Positions 1-9,586 of a stretch of DNA of 32,000 bases are shown here, in pieces. Made by a program: the position numbers and the translations under genes. Position 1 is the stretch's first letter; every line of letters begins with the position of its first letter. The notes beneath the pieces are model-generated. The model ran no database searches. It saw only the letters and a list, made by a program, of their open reading frames with translations, and was not told the origin of the DNA. This stretch comes from Sinorhizobium meliloti (GTDB taxonomy: Bacteria; Pseudomonadota; Alphaproteobacteria; Rhizobiales; Rhizobiaceae): NCBI RefSeq assembly GCF_017876815.1, contig NZ_JAGIOS010000003.1, positions 1,528,516 to 1,560,515 on the forward strand. The letters are read 5' to 3'.

Positions 1-227
1 ACTTCGTGCTGACCGCCTTCGTGGTTGTGGTGCTCGGTGGCCTCGGTTCGATCGGCGGCGCCTTTGCCGGTGCGATGATTATTGGCCTGATCGACAGCTT
101 TGCTGGCTTCTACATCGGATCCGATCTGCGTGAGGTCGCCGTCTTCGGCGTGTTCCTGCTGATCCTGATCCTCAAGCCATCGGGTCTCTTCAGCGAGCGC
201 CTCAACCTCTCGCACGTATCGCCATGA
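1..227 (+). CDS. HAAT/Liv-type branched-chain amino acid ABC transporter permease (LivH-like), C-terminal end; the gene starts upstream of the window
   Basis: Open in frame from the window edge. Hydrophobic C-terminus ...VVLGGLGSIGGAFAGAMIIGLIDSF...FLLILILKPSGLF is typical of LivH-family permeases. The stop overlaps the next start (ATGA at 224-227). Confidence 0.8.
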   Translation, partial: FVLTAFVVVVLGGLGSIGGAFAGAMIIGLIDSFAGFYIGSDLREVAVFGVFLLILILKPSGLFSERLNLSHVSP

Positions 228-2030
228 GGAAAGCCATGACAGATACCACGCTCGACAACACCGTACCCGCCGCGCGCACGAGTCCGTTTCCGCTGAAGAA
301 GGCTGCGGCGCTGGGCGCGCTCTTGCTGGCGCTGCTGGCGGCTCCGATTGCCATCGGCGACCAGTTCATCTCGCACATCTTCATCACCATCTTCATCTTC
401 GCCGGTCTTTCGACCGCCTGGAACATCGTCGGGGGCTATGCCGGACAGCTCTCGCTCGGTCACGCCATCTTCTATGGCATTGGCGCCTATGCCGGCGTGA
501 TGCTGATGAACATGGGCATTTCCCCTTGGCTCGGCATGTTTGCCGGTGCGGCGGTGTCCGTCGTCGTCGCCGTTGCGATCAGTTATCCCTGCTTCCGCCT
601 GCGCGGCCCGTTCTTCTCGCTCGCGACGATCGCATTCCTCGAGGTATTCCGGGTGCTCGCGCTGCACCTTCGCGAGTTCACGGGCGGCGCGACGGGCCTG
701 ATGATCCCGCTGAAATTCGGCTGGGAATGGATGGTTTTCCGCGACCGTACACCGGCGCTTCTCATCGCCTTCGGCTTGCTGGTCGTGGCGCTGGCCGTCG
801 CCTGGTGGATCCGTTCGCACCGCCTGGGTTTCTACCTGGTCGCCACACGCGAGCGCCAGAGCGCCGCCCAAGCCGCCGGCGTGAACACGGTCAAGGTGCG
901 CCTGATCGCGGTCTCGGCCTCGGCCGCGCTCACCGCTTTCATCGGCACGTTCCACGCCATGTATCTCACTTTCATCGAACCGGCGGCGATGTTCTCGTTG
1001 ACCATGTCGATACAGATCGCGATGTTCGCGCTCATCGGAGGTCTCGGTACCGTCATCGGACCGCTCGTCGGCGCCTTATTCCTCGTGCCGCTCTCCGAAC
1101 TCGCCCGTGGCTGGCTCGGCGCCCAGGCGCTCGGCCTGCACGGCTTCGTTTACGGCGTCGTGCTGGTTCTTGTCGTGCTCTTCATGCCGAACGGTCTGAT
1201 GGGCATCCTCTCACGCTACCTTGGCAACGCGACACCGCAGCGCGGAACTCAGTCAGCTTCGGTTGCCGCTACCCCACGCGCCGCCGAGCGTCCGCCGATC
1301 GGCAACGACATCCTGATTGCGGACCATCTGGACAAGCACTTCGCCGGCCTGCACGTCACCAACGACGTCAGCTTCTCGCTGAAGGAAGGCGAGATCCTCG
1401 GCCTGATCGGCCCGAACGGCGCCGGCAAGACCACCGTGTTCAACATGCTTTCCGGCTTTCTCAAACCCGACAGCGGCTCGGTCAAAGTTCGGACGGAGGA
1501 CGGCTCCTGGCAGGCGCCGCTGACGCCGGGGGATTTCGCCGCGATCGGCGTCGGCCGGACTTTCCAGATCGTCCAGCCCTTCGCGGCGATGACGGTCGAG
1601 GAAAACATCATGGTCGGCGCCTTCCACCGCTACCGCGACGTCAATGACGCCCGCGAGGCGGCGCGCGAGACGGCCTTCCGCATGGGTCTCGGTCCCTGGC
1701 TCCACGCCGAAGCAAGAGGTCTTACGATCGGCGGGCTGAAGCGGCTGGAAGTCGCCCGCGTCATGGCCATGAAGCCGCGGATCCTGCTCCTGGACGAGGT
1801 CATGGCCGGCATCAATCAGACCGACGTCCGCCGTGCCATCGACCTCATGCTCTCCATTCGTGACAGCGGTGTCTCGATCATCGCCATCGAACACGTGATG
1901 CAAGCGGTGATGTCGCTGTCGGATCGTGTGGTGGTGCTGAACTCCGGCCAGATCATCGCAGAGGGCAAGCCCCAGAATGTCGTGCGCGATCCGCATGTGA
2001 TCGAAGCCTATCTCGGAAAGGAATTCACCC

Positions 2031-2044
<14 letters not shown>
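224..2044 (+). CDS. Fused HAAT-family ABC transporter permease (LivM-like) and ATP-binding protein (LivG-like)
   Basis: 606-aa ORF. The N-terminal ~335 aa are multi-TM permease (GQLSLGHAIFYGIGAY...). A Pro/Ala-rich linker follows. The C-terminal ~240 aa form an ABC ATPase with Walker A GPNGAGKTT, LivG-type signature LTIGGLKRLEVAR and Walker B ILLLDEV. An ATG at 236 is an alternative start. Confidence 0.9.
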
Positions 2045-2734
<690 letters not shown>

Positions 2735-2735
<1 letters not shown>

Positions 2736-3547
2736 TGATGCCTGCAAGAGAAGACAACCCTCGCTCCATCTCCTACCGTCCGAGCCACGCCGGCCGCCGC
2801 GTGCTCGTCACCGGTGCCGGTCGCGGCATCGGACGGGCGATCGCGCTCGGCTTTGCTGCCCGCGGCGCGACCGTCGGCGTCGCCGACATGAACGCGGACG
2901 ACATCGCCGAAACCGTGGCGCTCATCAAGGCCGATGGTCACGGCGAGGGTCTGCCGCTTCTTCTCGACGTTGCAGACTATGACGCGGTCGAAGCAGGGCT
3001 TGCCGATGCGGCGAGGGCCATAGGCGAAGCCTTCGACACCGTCGTCAACAATGCCGGCATTTCGCCGAAGCACGATGGGGTTGCGCACAAGGTCTGGGAG
3101 ATGGATCCCGCGGAATGGAGCCGCGTGGTTGCCGTCAACCTCTCCGGCCCGTTCAATACGATCCGCGCGCTCACGCCATCGATGCGCAGGGCCGAACGCG
3201 GCTGGATCGTCAATATGTCGTCGGTGGCGGGCAAGACCTATTCGCCGATCGTTGCCTGCCACTATGCGGCGACGAAATCGGCGCTTATCGGCTTCACCAA
3301 GCATCTTGCGGCGGAACTCGGCCCCTATGGCATCCGCGTCAACGCGCTGGCGCCGGGCCGCATCGAGACCCCGATGGTGCGCGGCGTCGCGCGCGAGATC
3401 AACGAGGAGCAGGTGAAGCTGACGCCAATGGGCAGGCTCGGCCAGCCGGAGGAGGTGGCGGATACCGCCGTTTATCTAACCTCGGCCGAATCAAGCTTCG
3501 TCACCGGCCAAACGATCGACGTCGCCGGCGGTCTTTATATGACGTGA
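2735..3547 (+). CDS. SDR family oxidoreductase (FabG-like)
   Basis: Rossmann motif TGAGRGIGRAIA, NNAG motif, catalytic Ser...YAATK (YxxxK) and LAPGRIETP. The ATG at 2735 overlaps the upstream stop (TGATG). The ORF track begins 3 nt earlier at a TTG. Confidence 0.9.
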
Positions 3548-3684
3548 GGGCAGGCTCCGCGCCCACCGCAACAGACGAGATCAAAGATGTCGTTACAGAA
3601 CGTATTCGCCGCACAATGGCGTTCGGCGTCCAATGCCTGGCGTCAGACCAATCCTTCTAACGTCCGAGCGACACGGAGCATGGC

Positions 3685-4500
3685 ATGACGGATGCACCCG
3701 CCCATCGGATCACGGGCAAGACCCGCATCTACGGTATTCTCGCCGATCCGATCCATCACGTGAAGACGCCGGAGGTCATGGCCGAGGTCTTTGCCCGTCA
3801 CGGCGTGGACGCGGTGCTGATCCCCTTCCATGTCCAGCCCGAAGGGCTGGTGACGCTGGTGTCCGGCCTCAAGGCGATGGAGAATTTCGGCGGGTTCATT
3901 GCGACCGTGCCGCACAAGCCGGCCATGCTCGGGCTCTGCGACGGGGTAACCGAAGAAGCCCGCAACATCGGCGCTGTCAATTGCGTCCGGCGCGAGGCGG
4001 ACGGCCGTATGGTGGGGACGATGCTCGACGGCATCGGCTTCGTCGTGGCGCTTAGGACGGTAACCGGCTTCGAGCCGGAGGGCAAAAGCGCCTACGTGGC
4101 CGGTGCCGGGGGTGCAGCCTGCGCGATTGCGTTTGCCCTGGCCGATGCCGGCGTCAGCCACCTCACCATCGCCAATCGCACCATCGACAAGGCCGAGGCT
4201 CTTGCTGCGCGGCTGCGGCGGGCGCATCCCGGCCTCTCGCTCTCGACCGACGCCGCTTCGGTGGCCGACCACGAACTCGTCGTCAACGGCACATCGCTCG
4301 GCATGAAGGAGACCGACGCGCCGCCCCTCGATCTTTCCAGTCTCTCTGCCAGTCAGGTCGTCGCAGACGCGATCATGGACCCGGTGATGACGCCGCTTCT
4401 GAAAGCGGCCGAGGCGTTCGGGTGCCGCATCCAGTGCGGCCTACCGATGCTGCAATGCCAGATCGAACTCATGGCAAAGCACATGGGGGCGATCGCGTAA
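3685..4500 (+). CDS. Shikimate/quinate dehydrogenase family protein (AroE/YdiB-like)
   Basis: Family motifs ...YGILADPIHHVKTPEVM..., ...ATVPHKPAM..., ...IGAVNCV... and the NAD(P) fold GAGGAACAIAFAL. GGAG lies 7 nt upstream of the ATG. Confidence 0.85.
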   Translation: MTDAPAHRITGKTRIYGILADPIHHVKTPEVMAEVFARHGVDAVLIPFHVQPEGLVTLVSGLKAMENFGGFIATVPHKPAMLGLCDGVTEEARNIGAVNCVRREADGRMVGTMLDGIGFVVALRTVTGFEPEGKSAYVAGAGGAACAIAFALADAGVSHLTIANRTIDKAEALAARLRRAHPGLSLSTDAASVADHELVVNGTSLGMKETDAPPLDLSSLSASQVVADAIMDPVMTPLLKAAEAFGCRIQCGLPMLQCQIELMAKHMGAIA

Positions 4501-5909
4501 TGGCCGAGCAGGGCGCGCTTCTCGATCAACTGCGGACGATCTGCAACCCTGCGGCAGTGCTGACGGCGCCGGGCGACATCGAGCCCTATGCCGTCGACTG
4601 GAAGCGGAGCTTCGTCGGGAGCCCCTTCTGTGTCGTGCGTCCGGGCAATACCGGCGAGGTGGCGAAGGTCGTCGCCGCCTGCCGCAAGCACGGCACATCG
4701 ATCGTGCCGCAGGGCGGCAACACGGGCCTTGCCGGTGGAGCGACGCCCGACGCCAGTTCGTCGCAGGTGCTGCTGTCGCTCAACCGCTTGACCAGGATCC
4801 GCAGCCTGGACCCCATCGGCATGACCGTGGAGGTCGAGGCCGGTGCGATCCTGCAGTCCGTCAAGGAGGAAGCCGCGAAAAAGGAGCGGCTGCTGCCCGT
4901 CAGTCTCGCGGCCGAGGGGTCGGCCACCATCGGCGGCATCGTTTCCACCAATGCCGGCGGCGTCAATGTGCTGCGCCATGGCATGACGCGCGCTCTCGTG
5001 CTCGGGCTCGAGGTCGTGCTTGCCGACGGCACGATCGTCAACGGCCTCCGGCACCTGCGGAAGGATAATGCGGGCTACGACTGGAAGCAGCTCTTCATCG
5101 GCGCCGAAGGAACGCTCGGCATCGTCACGGCCGCCGTCCTCCGGCTCGTGCCGGCGCCGCGCCACAGCGTCACCGCGCTGCTCTCAGTCGCAGACGTGGA
5201 GACGGCGATCGCGCTCTACGCAAAGGCCCAGAGCGAGATCGGCGATGCGCTTTCCGCCTTCGAGCTCATCTCGGGGGATTCGATTGCGCTCGTCGAGAGG
5301 CACGCCGGCCTGAAAAGTCCGATCGCCGCGGGCGAGTGGTTTCTGCTGATCGAAGCCGCGTCCAGCCTGACCGGCCTCGAGGCGGCGATGCAGGTGCTGC
5401 TTGCCGCCGCTTTCGAGGAGGAACTCGCCCTCGACGGCGTGGTAGCCGCGAGTCACCAGCAGGCGCAATCGCTGTGGGCGCTGCGTGAACACGTGACGGA
5501 GGCAGAGGCGCGGGAGGGCCGCGGCCTGAAGCACGACATCTCCGTGCCGCTCAGCGTCATGCCTGCCTATCTCGCGGACGCACGTGCCGCGGTAGCGGCC
5601 GTCTCGCGCACGGCGCGGCTCAACGTTTTCGGGCATCTCGGCGATGGCAACCTGCACTACAACGTGCTGCTGGGACCCGAGGACCATCCGGCTGCGGTCA
5701 ATCGCGCGGTTCATGATGCGGTCGTTCGCCATCGCGGTTCGATCTCGGCCGAACATGGGCTCGGCCAATATCGCGTGGGCGAGTGGCAGCGCACCAAGCC
5801 GGCCGCTGAACAGGCGCTCGCCCATACCATCAAGCAGGCGATCGATCCCGCCGGTCTCTTCAATCCCGGAAAGGTGCTGGCCGCGCCGAACAAAGGAGGT
5901 GCGGCGTGA
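4500..5909 (+). CDS. FAD-linked oxidase, D-2-hydroxyacid dehydrogenase (GlcD/D-lactate dehydrogenase-like)
   Basis: PCMH-type FAD-binding domain (VVRPGNTGEVAKVVAAC...IVPQGGNTGLAGGATP) plus FAD-oxidase C-terminal domain (HLGDGNLHYN, SAEHGLGQ). The ATG at 4500 overlaps the upstream stop (TAATG). The longer start at 4422 would overlap the preceding gene by 79 nt and is unlikely. Confidence 0.88.
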   Translation: MAEQGALLDQLRTICNPAAVLTAPGDIEPYAVDWKRSFVGSPFCVVRPGNTGEVAKVVAACRKHGTSIVPQGGNTGLAGGATPDASSSQVLLSLNRLTRIRSLDPIGMTVEVEAGAILQSVKEEAAKKERLLPVSLAAEGSATIGGIVSTNAGGVNVLRHGMTRALVLGLEVVLADGTIVNGLRHLRKDNAGYDWKQLFIGAEGTLGIVTAAVLRLVPAPRHSVTALLSVADVETAIALYAKAQSEIGDALSAFELISGDSIALVERHAGLKSPIAAGEWFLLIEAASSLTGLEAAMQVLLAAAFEEELALDGVVAASHQQAQSLWALREHVTEAEAREGRGLKHDISVPLSVMPAYLADARAAVAAVSRTARLNVFGHLGDGNLHYNVLLGPEDHPAAVNRAVHDAVVRHRGSISAEHGLGQYRVGEWQRTKPAAEQALAHTIKQAIDPAGLFNPGKVLAAPNKGGAA

Positions 5910-7516
5910 ACGCTGCTGCGGAAACCTTCGACTACATCATCGTCGGCGGCGGCAATGCCGGCTGCGTACTCGCCAACCGTCTGACGGAATCGGGCCGCCA
6001 CAGCGTGCTTCTGCTCGAGGCCGGCGGCGTCGGTCGTAGCCCGTGGATCGGTATCCCCGCCGGCTTCTCGAAGCTGCTGGTCGATCCGACTTACAATTGG
6101 CGCTTCAAGTCCGAACCGGAAGAGGCGACAAAGAACCGCGTCATCGCCGTGCCGCGCGGCAAGGGCCTCGGCGGCTCGACGCTGATCAACGGCATGATCT
6201 ATGTGCGCGGCCAGCCCCAAGATTATGACGGCTGGGCCCAGGCAGGCTGCCGTGGCTGGAGTTTCGACGATGTCCTGCCTTTCTTTCGGCGCATCGAAGA
6301 TTATGACGGCCCCGCAAACGATCTACGGGCGCATGGAGGTCTCTTGCCGCTCAGCACCGTCGCACTCCGCCCGGGAATCGGCGAGGCCTTCATCAGGGCT
6401 GCCGAAAAGGCCGGTTATGCGCGCAATCCCGACTACAACGGCGAAAGCCAGGATGGCTTCGGCTACTATCAGGTGAACCAGCGCGGCGGCCGCCGCGTCA
6501 GTGCCGCCGAAGCCTATCTGAAGCCGGCAATGAAGCGCCAGAACCTCAGCGTCCGGACCGGGGCGCATGTCCTTTCCGTCGATCTCGATGGAAAGCGGGC
6601 AGCCGGGGTCACCGCGCGTATTGGCGATGCGAATCTCCGTTTCAAGGCGAGGGCGGAGGTCATTCTTGCGGCGGGTGCGGCGCAGACGCCGCAATTGCTG
6701 GAACTTTCCGGCATCGGCAATCCGGGCATCCTGCAGAACCTCGGCGTCCAGGTGGCCCATGCCCTTCCGGGGGTCGGGGAAAACTACATCGACCACTTCT
6801 GCACCCGCATGAACTGGCGGGTAAAACAGCCGGTCACGCTGAACGAGCAGACGCGCGGGGCGAAGCTCGCAATGGCCGTTGCGCAATATGCCGCCACCCG
6901 TCGCGGTATACTTACGCTCGGTACCGGCCTCGTTCACGGTTTCGTGCGGACCCGCGAAGGGCTGGAAGGCCCGGATGTTCAGTACTTCTTCATGCATGCA
7001 AGCTATGCGAACGCCGCCGAACGGGTGCTTGACCGCATGCCCGGCATGACCATCGGCGTGACGCAATTGCGACCGCAGTCGCGTGGCGTCATTCATGCGG
7101 TCTCCCCGGATCCGTTTGTGGCCCCTTCGATCCGGCCGAACTTCCTCGCGGAGGAAGAGGACCGCCGCGTCATTGTCGAGGGCATGAAGATCGCCCGCCA
7201 TATCGTCGAACAGGCGCCGATGGACGTCTTCCGCGACATGGAAATGAACCCCGGACCCAATTGCCGCACGGATGCGGACTGGCTGGATTTCGCCCGTTCC
7301 AATGGCCAGACGATCTATCATATCTGCGGCACATGCCGGATGGGATCGGACGAGAAAGCGGTGGCGGACCCGACGCTGAAGCTGCGCGGCATTGGAGGCC
7401 TCCGCATCGTAGACGCCTCGATCATGCCGACGATGGTATCCGGAAACATCCAGGCGGCTGTCTTCATGATCGCGGAAAAGGCGGCGGACATGATCCTGGC
7501 TGATGCTGCAACATAG
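5906..7516 (+). CDS. GMC family FAD-dependent oxidoreductase (choline/alcohol dehydrogenase-like)
   Basis: FDYIIVGGGNAGCVLANRL dinucleotide fold, GMC signature GKGLGGSTLINGMIYVRG, and C-terminal IYHICGTCRMG and DASIMPTMVSGN. The GTG start overlaps the upstream stop (GTGA). Confidence 0.92.
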   Translation: MNAAAETFDYIIVGGGNAGCVLANRLTESGRHSVLLLEAGGVGRSPWIGIPAGFSKLLVDPTYNWRFKSEPEEATKNRVIAVPRGKGLGGSTLINGMIYVRGQPQDYDGWAQAGCRGWSFDDVLPFFRRIEDYDGPANDLRAHGGLLPLSTVALRPGIGEAFIRAAEKAGYARNPDYNGESQDGFGYYQVNQRGGRRVSAAEAYLKPAMKRQNLSVRTGAHVLSVDLDGKRAAGVTARIGDANLRFKARAEVILAAGAAQTPQLLELSGIGNPGILQNLGVQVAHALPGVGENYIDHFCTRMNWRVKQPVTLNEQTRGAKLAMAVAQYAATRRGILTLGTGLVHGFVRTREGLEGPDVQYFFMHASYANAAERVLDRMPGMTIGVTQLRPQSRGVIHAVSPDPFVAPSIRPNFLAEEEDRRVIVEGMKIARHIVEQAPMDVFRDMEMNPGPNCRTDADWLDFARSNGQTIYHICGTCRMGSDEKAVADPTLKLRGIGGLRIVDASIMPTMVSGNIQAAVFMIAEKAADMILADAAT

Positions 7517-7659
7517 ATTAGCCCTAAAATTGAAGTGCGAGGCGTGGCCCGCTAAGGCGATGCGTTTTTCGCCTTATGTCTCGCTTGTGCGTCCATGATC
7601 GCATAATGTATCGACCGGAACCGATGCGGGTGCAGGGGCGGGTTGTGAAGATCCGAAAT

Positions 7660-7929
7660 TTAGGGAGTGATAAGCGAACCGCTGCAATCTGCTAGCGGAT
7701 GGCGACGGCGCCGCGATGAGACCCTCGTGATTTTTTCGCCGACCCACTCGGAAAGATCGGTGCAAAGCTGATCCAGCCCCACCTGGCGAGCGATCTCGAT
7801 GATCTGCTGATAGGAGATCGGCCTAATCGCGGCTTGGCCGCCGCCCAGCCTGGCATCAAACAGGCCCAGTTTTGCCTTCCGGGCCGTCGGGAACCAAGAG
7901 CCACGCGACCGGGCTGCCTTGGCTGGCAT
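7660..7929 (-). CDS. Hypothetical small protein or gene remnant, possibly with a helix-turn-helix (...ISYQQIIEIARQVGLDQ...)
   Basis: 89-aa ORF with fairly high third-position GC, in an otherwise non-coding spacer that is lower in GC. No convincing RBS and no family recognised. Confidence 0.2.
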   Translation of the reverse strand: MPAKAARSRGSWFPTARKAKLGLFDARLGGGQAAIRPISYQQIIEIARQVGLDQLCTDLSEWVGEKITRVSSRRRRHPLADCSGSLITP

Positions 7930-8247
7930 TCTTTTCGATACAGCCGAGATAGCCCTTATTATTCTCCCGTTGATGCTATTTCATTCTATTCAGCTGTTGG
8001 TGCTGGCCGTCGCTTCCCAGCGCAGTGCCATACCCTATCAGGCAGGCTAGCGTTGGGCAGGTTCAGAGCATTAAGACACCTGGAGTGGACCGCTGAACTA
8101 TGCGTCGGGACCCGGCTAATCGAACTGGAAGGCAGAACTCGGCTTGCAACCAAACAGCGCAGTTCATAGCGTGATGCGGAAGATCGCTCGACACACTTGG
8201 GTCTGCGGGTTTAGCGTGTCCCCCAATGCATAAAGAGGAGGGTTCTT

Positions 8248-9108
8248 TTGCGCTATATTCGTCCTAGTTCAATAGAAGATGCCGTTGGTCTTTTGGCGGA
8301 AGCGTCAGGCAAGGCAGCCGTTCTGGCCGGCGGAAGTGATCTGCTGGTGAGAATGAAGGGGGGCTTCATCGAACCCGAGCTCATCATCGACATCAAAGCT
8401 ATAGACGCCCTGAGACACATAACTGAAAGCGAGGATGGTTTCGTCATCGGCGCTGCGGTGCCTTGCGCGGTCCTCGGCGAGAATGCAGCGCTCCGGCGGG
8501 CGTGGCCCGGCGTGGTGGAAGGCGCTAATCTCATCGGTTCCAAGCAAGTGCAGGGGCGTTGCACCATCGTCGGAAATCTCTGCAACGCATCGCCTGCGGC
8601 CGACAGCGTGCCCGCGCTGCTGGCGGCCGGTGCAAAGGCTCTGATCAGGGGGCCGGCCGGCTCCCGCACGATCGCTGTCGAAATGGTGCCGGTGGGGCCG
8701 GGCAAGACGTCGCTTGCGCCGGGCGAGATCATCGAGGCCATTCTGCTCGACAAGCGGCAGGCGCGTTCGGGCGACGCCTATCAACGGTTCACGCCACGCA
8801 CCGAGATGGATATTGCGGTCGTCAGTGCCGCGGTGAAGCTCACTCTTGATGATCAGGGTGTCGTCCAATCGGCGCGCGTCGCGCTTGGCGCGGCGGCGCC
8901 GACGGTGCTTCTGGTCGAGGAAGCGGCCGAAATCCTCACTGGTTCCCGCGTCGACGACAAGACGCTTGACCGCCTGGCCGCGGCCTGTTCAGGCGCCTGT
9001 CGTCCCATAGACGACAAGCGAGGCACTGTGGAATTCCGAAGGAAAGTCGCGGGAGTGCTGGCCAAGCGGGTCGCACTGGCCGCCTATCAGCGTGCAGGAC
9101 TGGAATGA
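8248..9108 (+). CDS. Molybdenum hydroxylase (xanthine dehydrogenase/CO dehydrogenase family) FAD-binding medium subunit, CoxM-like
   Basis: Motifs ...AVLAGGSDLLVRMK... and ...TIVGNLCNASPAADS... match the molybdopterin-dehydrogenase FAD-binding domain. The TTG start lies 5 nt after GAGGAGG. Confidence 0.88.
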   Translation: MRYIRPSSIEDAVGLLAEASGKAAVLAGGSDLLVRMKGGFIEPELIIDIKAIDALRHITESEDGFVIGAAVPCAVLGENAALRRAWPGVVEGANLIGSKQVQGRCTIVGNLCNASPAADSVPALLAAGAKALIRGPAGSRTIAVEMVPVGPGKTSLAPGEIIEAILLDKRQARSGDAYQRFTPRTEMDIAVVSAAVKLTLDDQGVVQSARVALGAAAPTVLLVEEAAEILTGSRVDDKTLDRLAAACSGACRPIDDKRGTVEFRRKVAGVLAKRVALAAYQRAGLE

Positions 9109-9584
9109 TGGCAGGCATAGCAGTTTCAACGAACATCAATAGCGACAACGCCGAGTTTCTCTGTCACGCCGACGAGACGCTGCTTGACGTGTTGCGTGAT
9201 CGCCTGGGGCTCATGGGAGCGAAGGAAGGCTGCGGAACGGGCGACTGCGGCGCCTGCAGCATCATTCTCGACGATCGGCTGGTCTGCTCCTGTCTCGTGC
9301 TTGGGGCAGAGGCGGAAGGCCGGCGCATCGAAACCGTCGAGGGCATGGCTCAGGGTGACCAGCTTCATCCGCTGCAACAGAAGTTTCTCGAGCATGCCGC
9401 CTTGCAATGTGGCATCTGCACACCCGGCTTCCTCATTGCCGCAAAGGATCTGCTGTCGAAGAATCCGGATCCGACCGAAGAGGAAATACGCTTCGGCCTT
9501 GCCGGAAATCTCTGTCGTTGCACCGGCTACGACAAGATCGTGCGCGCCGTTCAGGACGCAGCAGGCGTCATGAGAGGAGCTTGA
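9105..9584 (+). CDS. Molybdenum hydroxylase (2Fe-2S)-binding small subunit, CoxS-like
   Basis: Two iron-sulfur cysteine clusters: CGTGDCGACS...C, and CGICTPGF...CRCTGY. The start overlaps the upstream stop (ATGA). Confidence 0.93.
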   Translation: MMAGIAVSTNINSDNAEFLCHADETLLDVLRDRLGLMGAKEGCGTGDCGACSIILDDRLVCSCLVLGAEAEGRRIETVEGMAQGDQLHPLQQKFLEHAALQCGICTPGFLIAAKDLLSKNPDPTEEEIRFGLAGNLCRCTGYDKIVRAVQDAAGVMRGA

Positions 9585-9586
9585 CC

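Noticed and set aside
7549-7575. Hairpin AAGGCG/10-nt loop/CGCCTT after the GMC gene, considered as a rho-independent terminator.
   Set aside because: The stem is only 6 bp, the loop is large, and no T-tract follows. The evidence is insufficient.
8100-8247. Looked for a Moco riboswitch or another leader RNA upstream of the hydroxylase operon.
   Set aside because: I could not recognise the conserved Moco motif elements by eye. This needs a covariance-model scan, so no claim is made.
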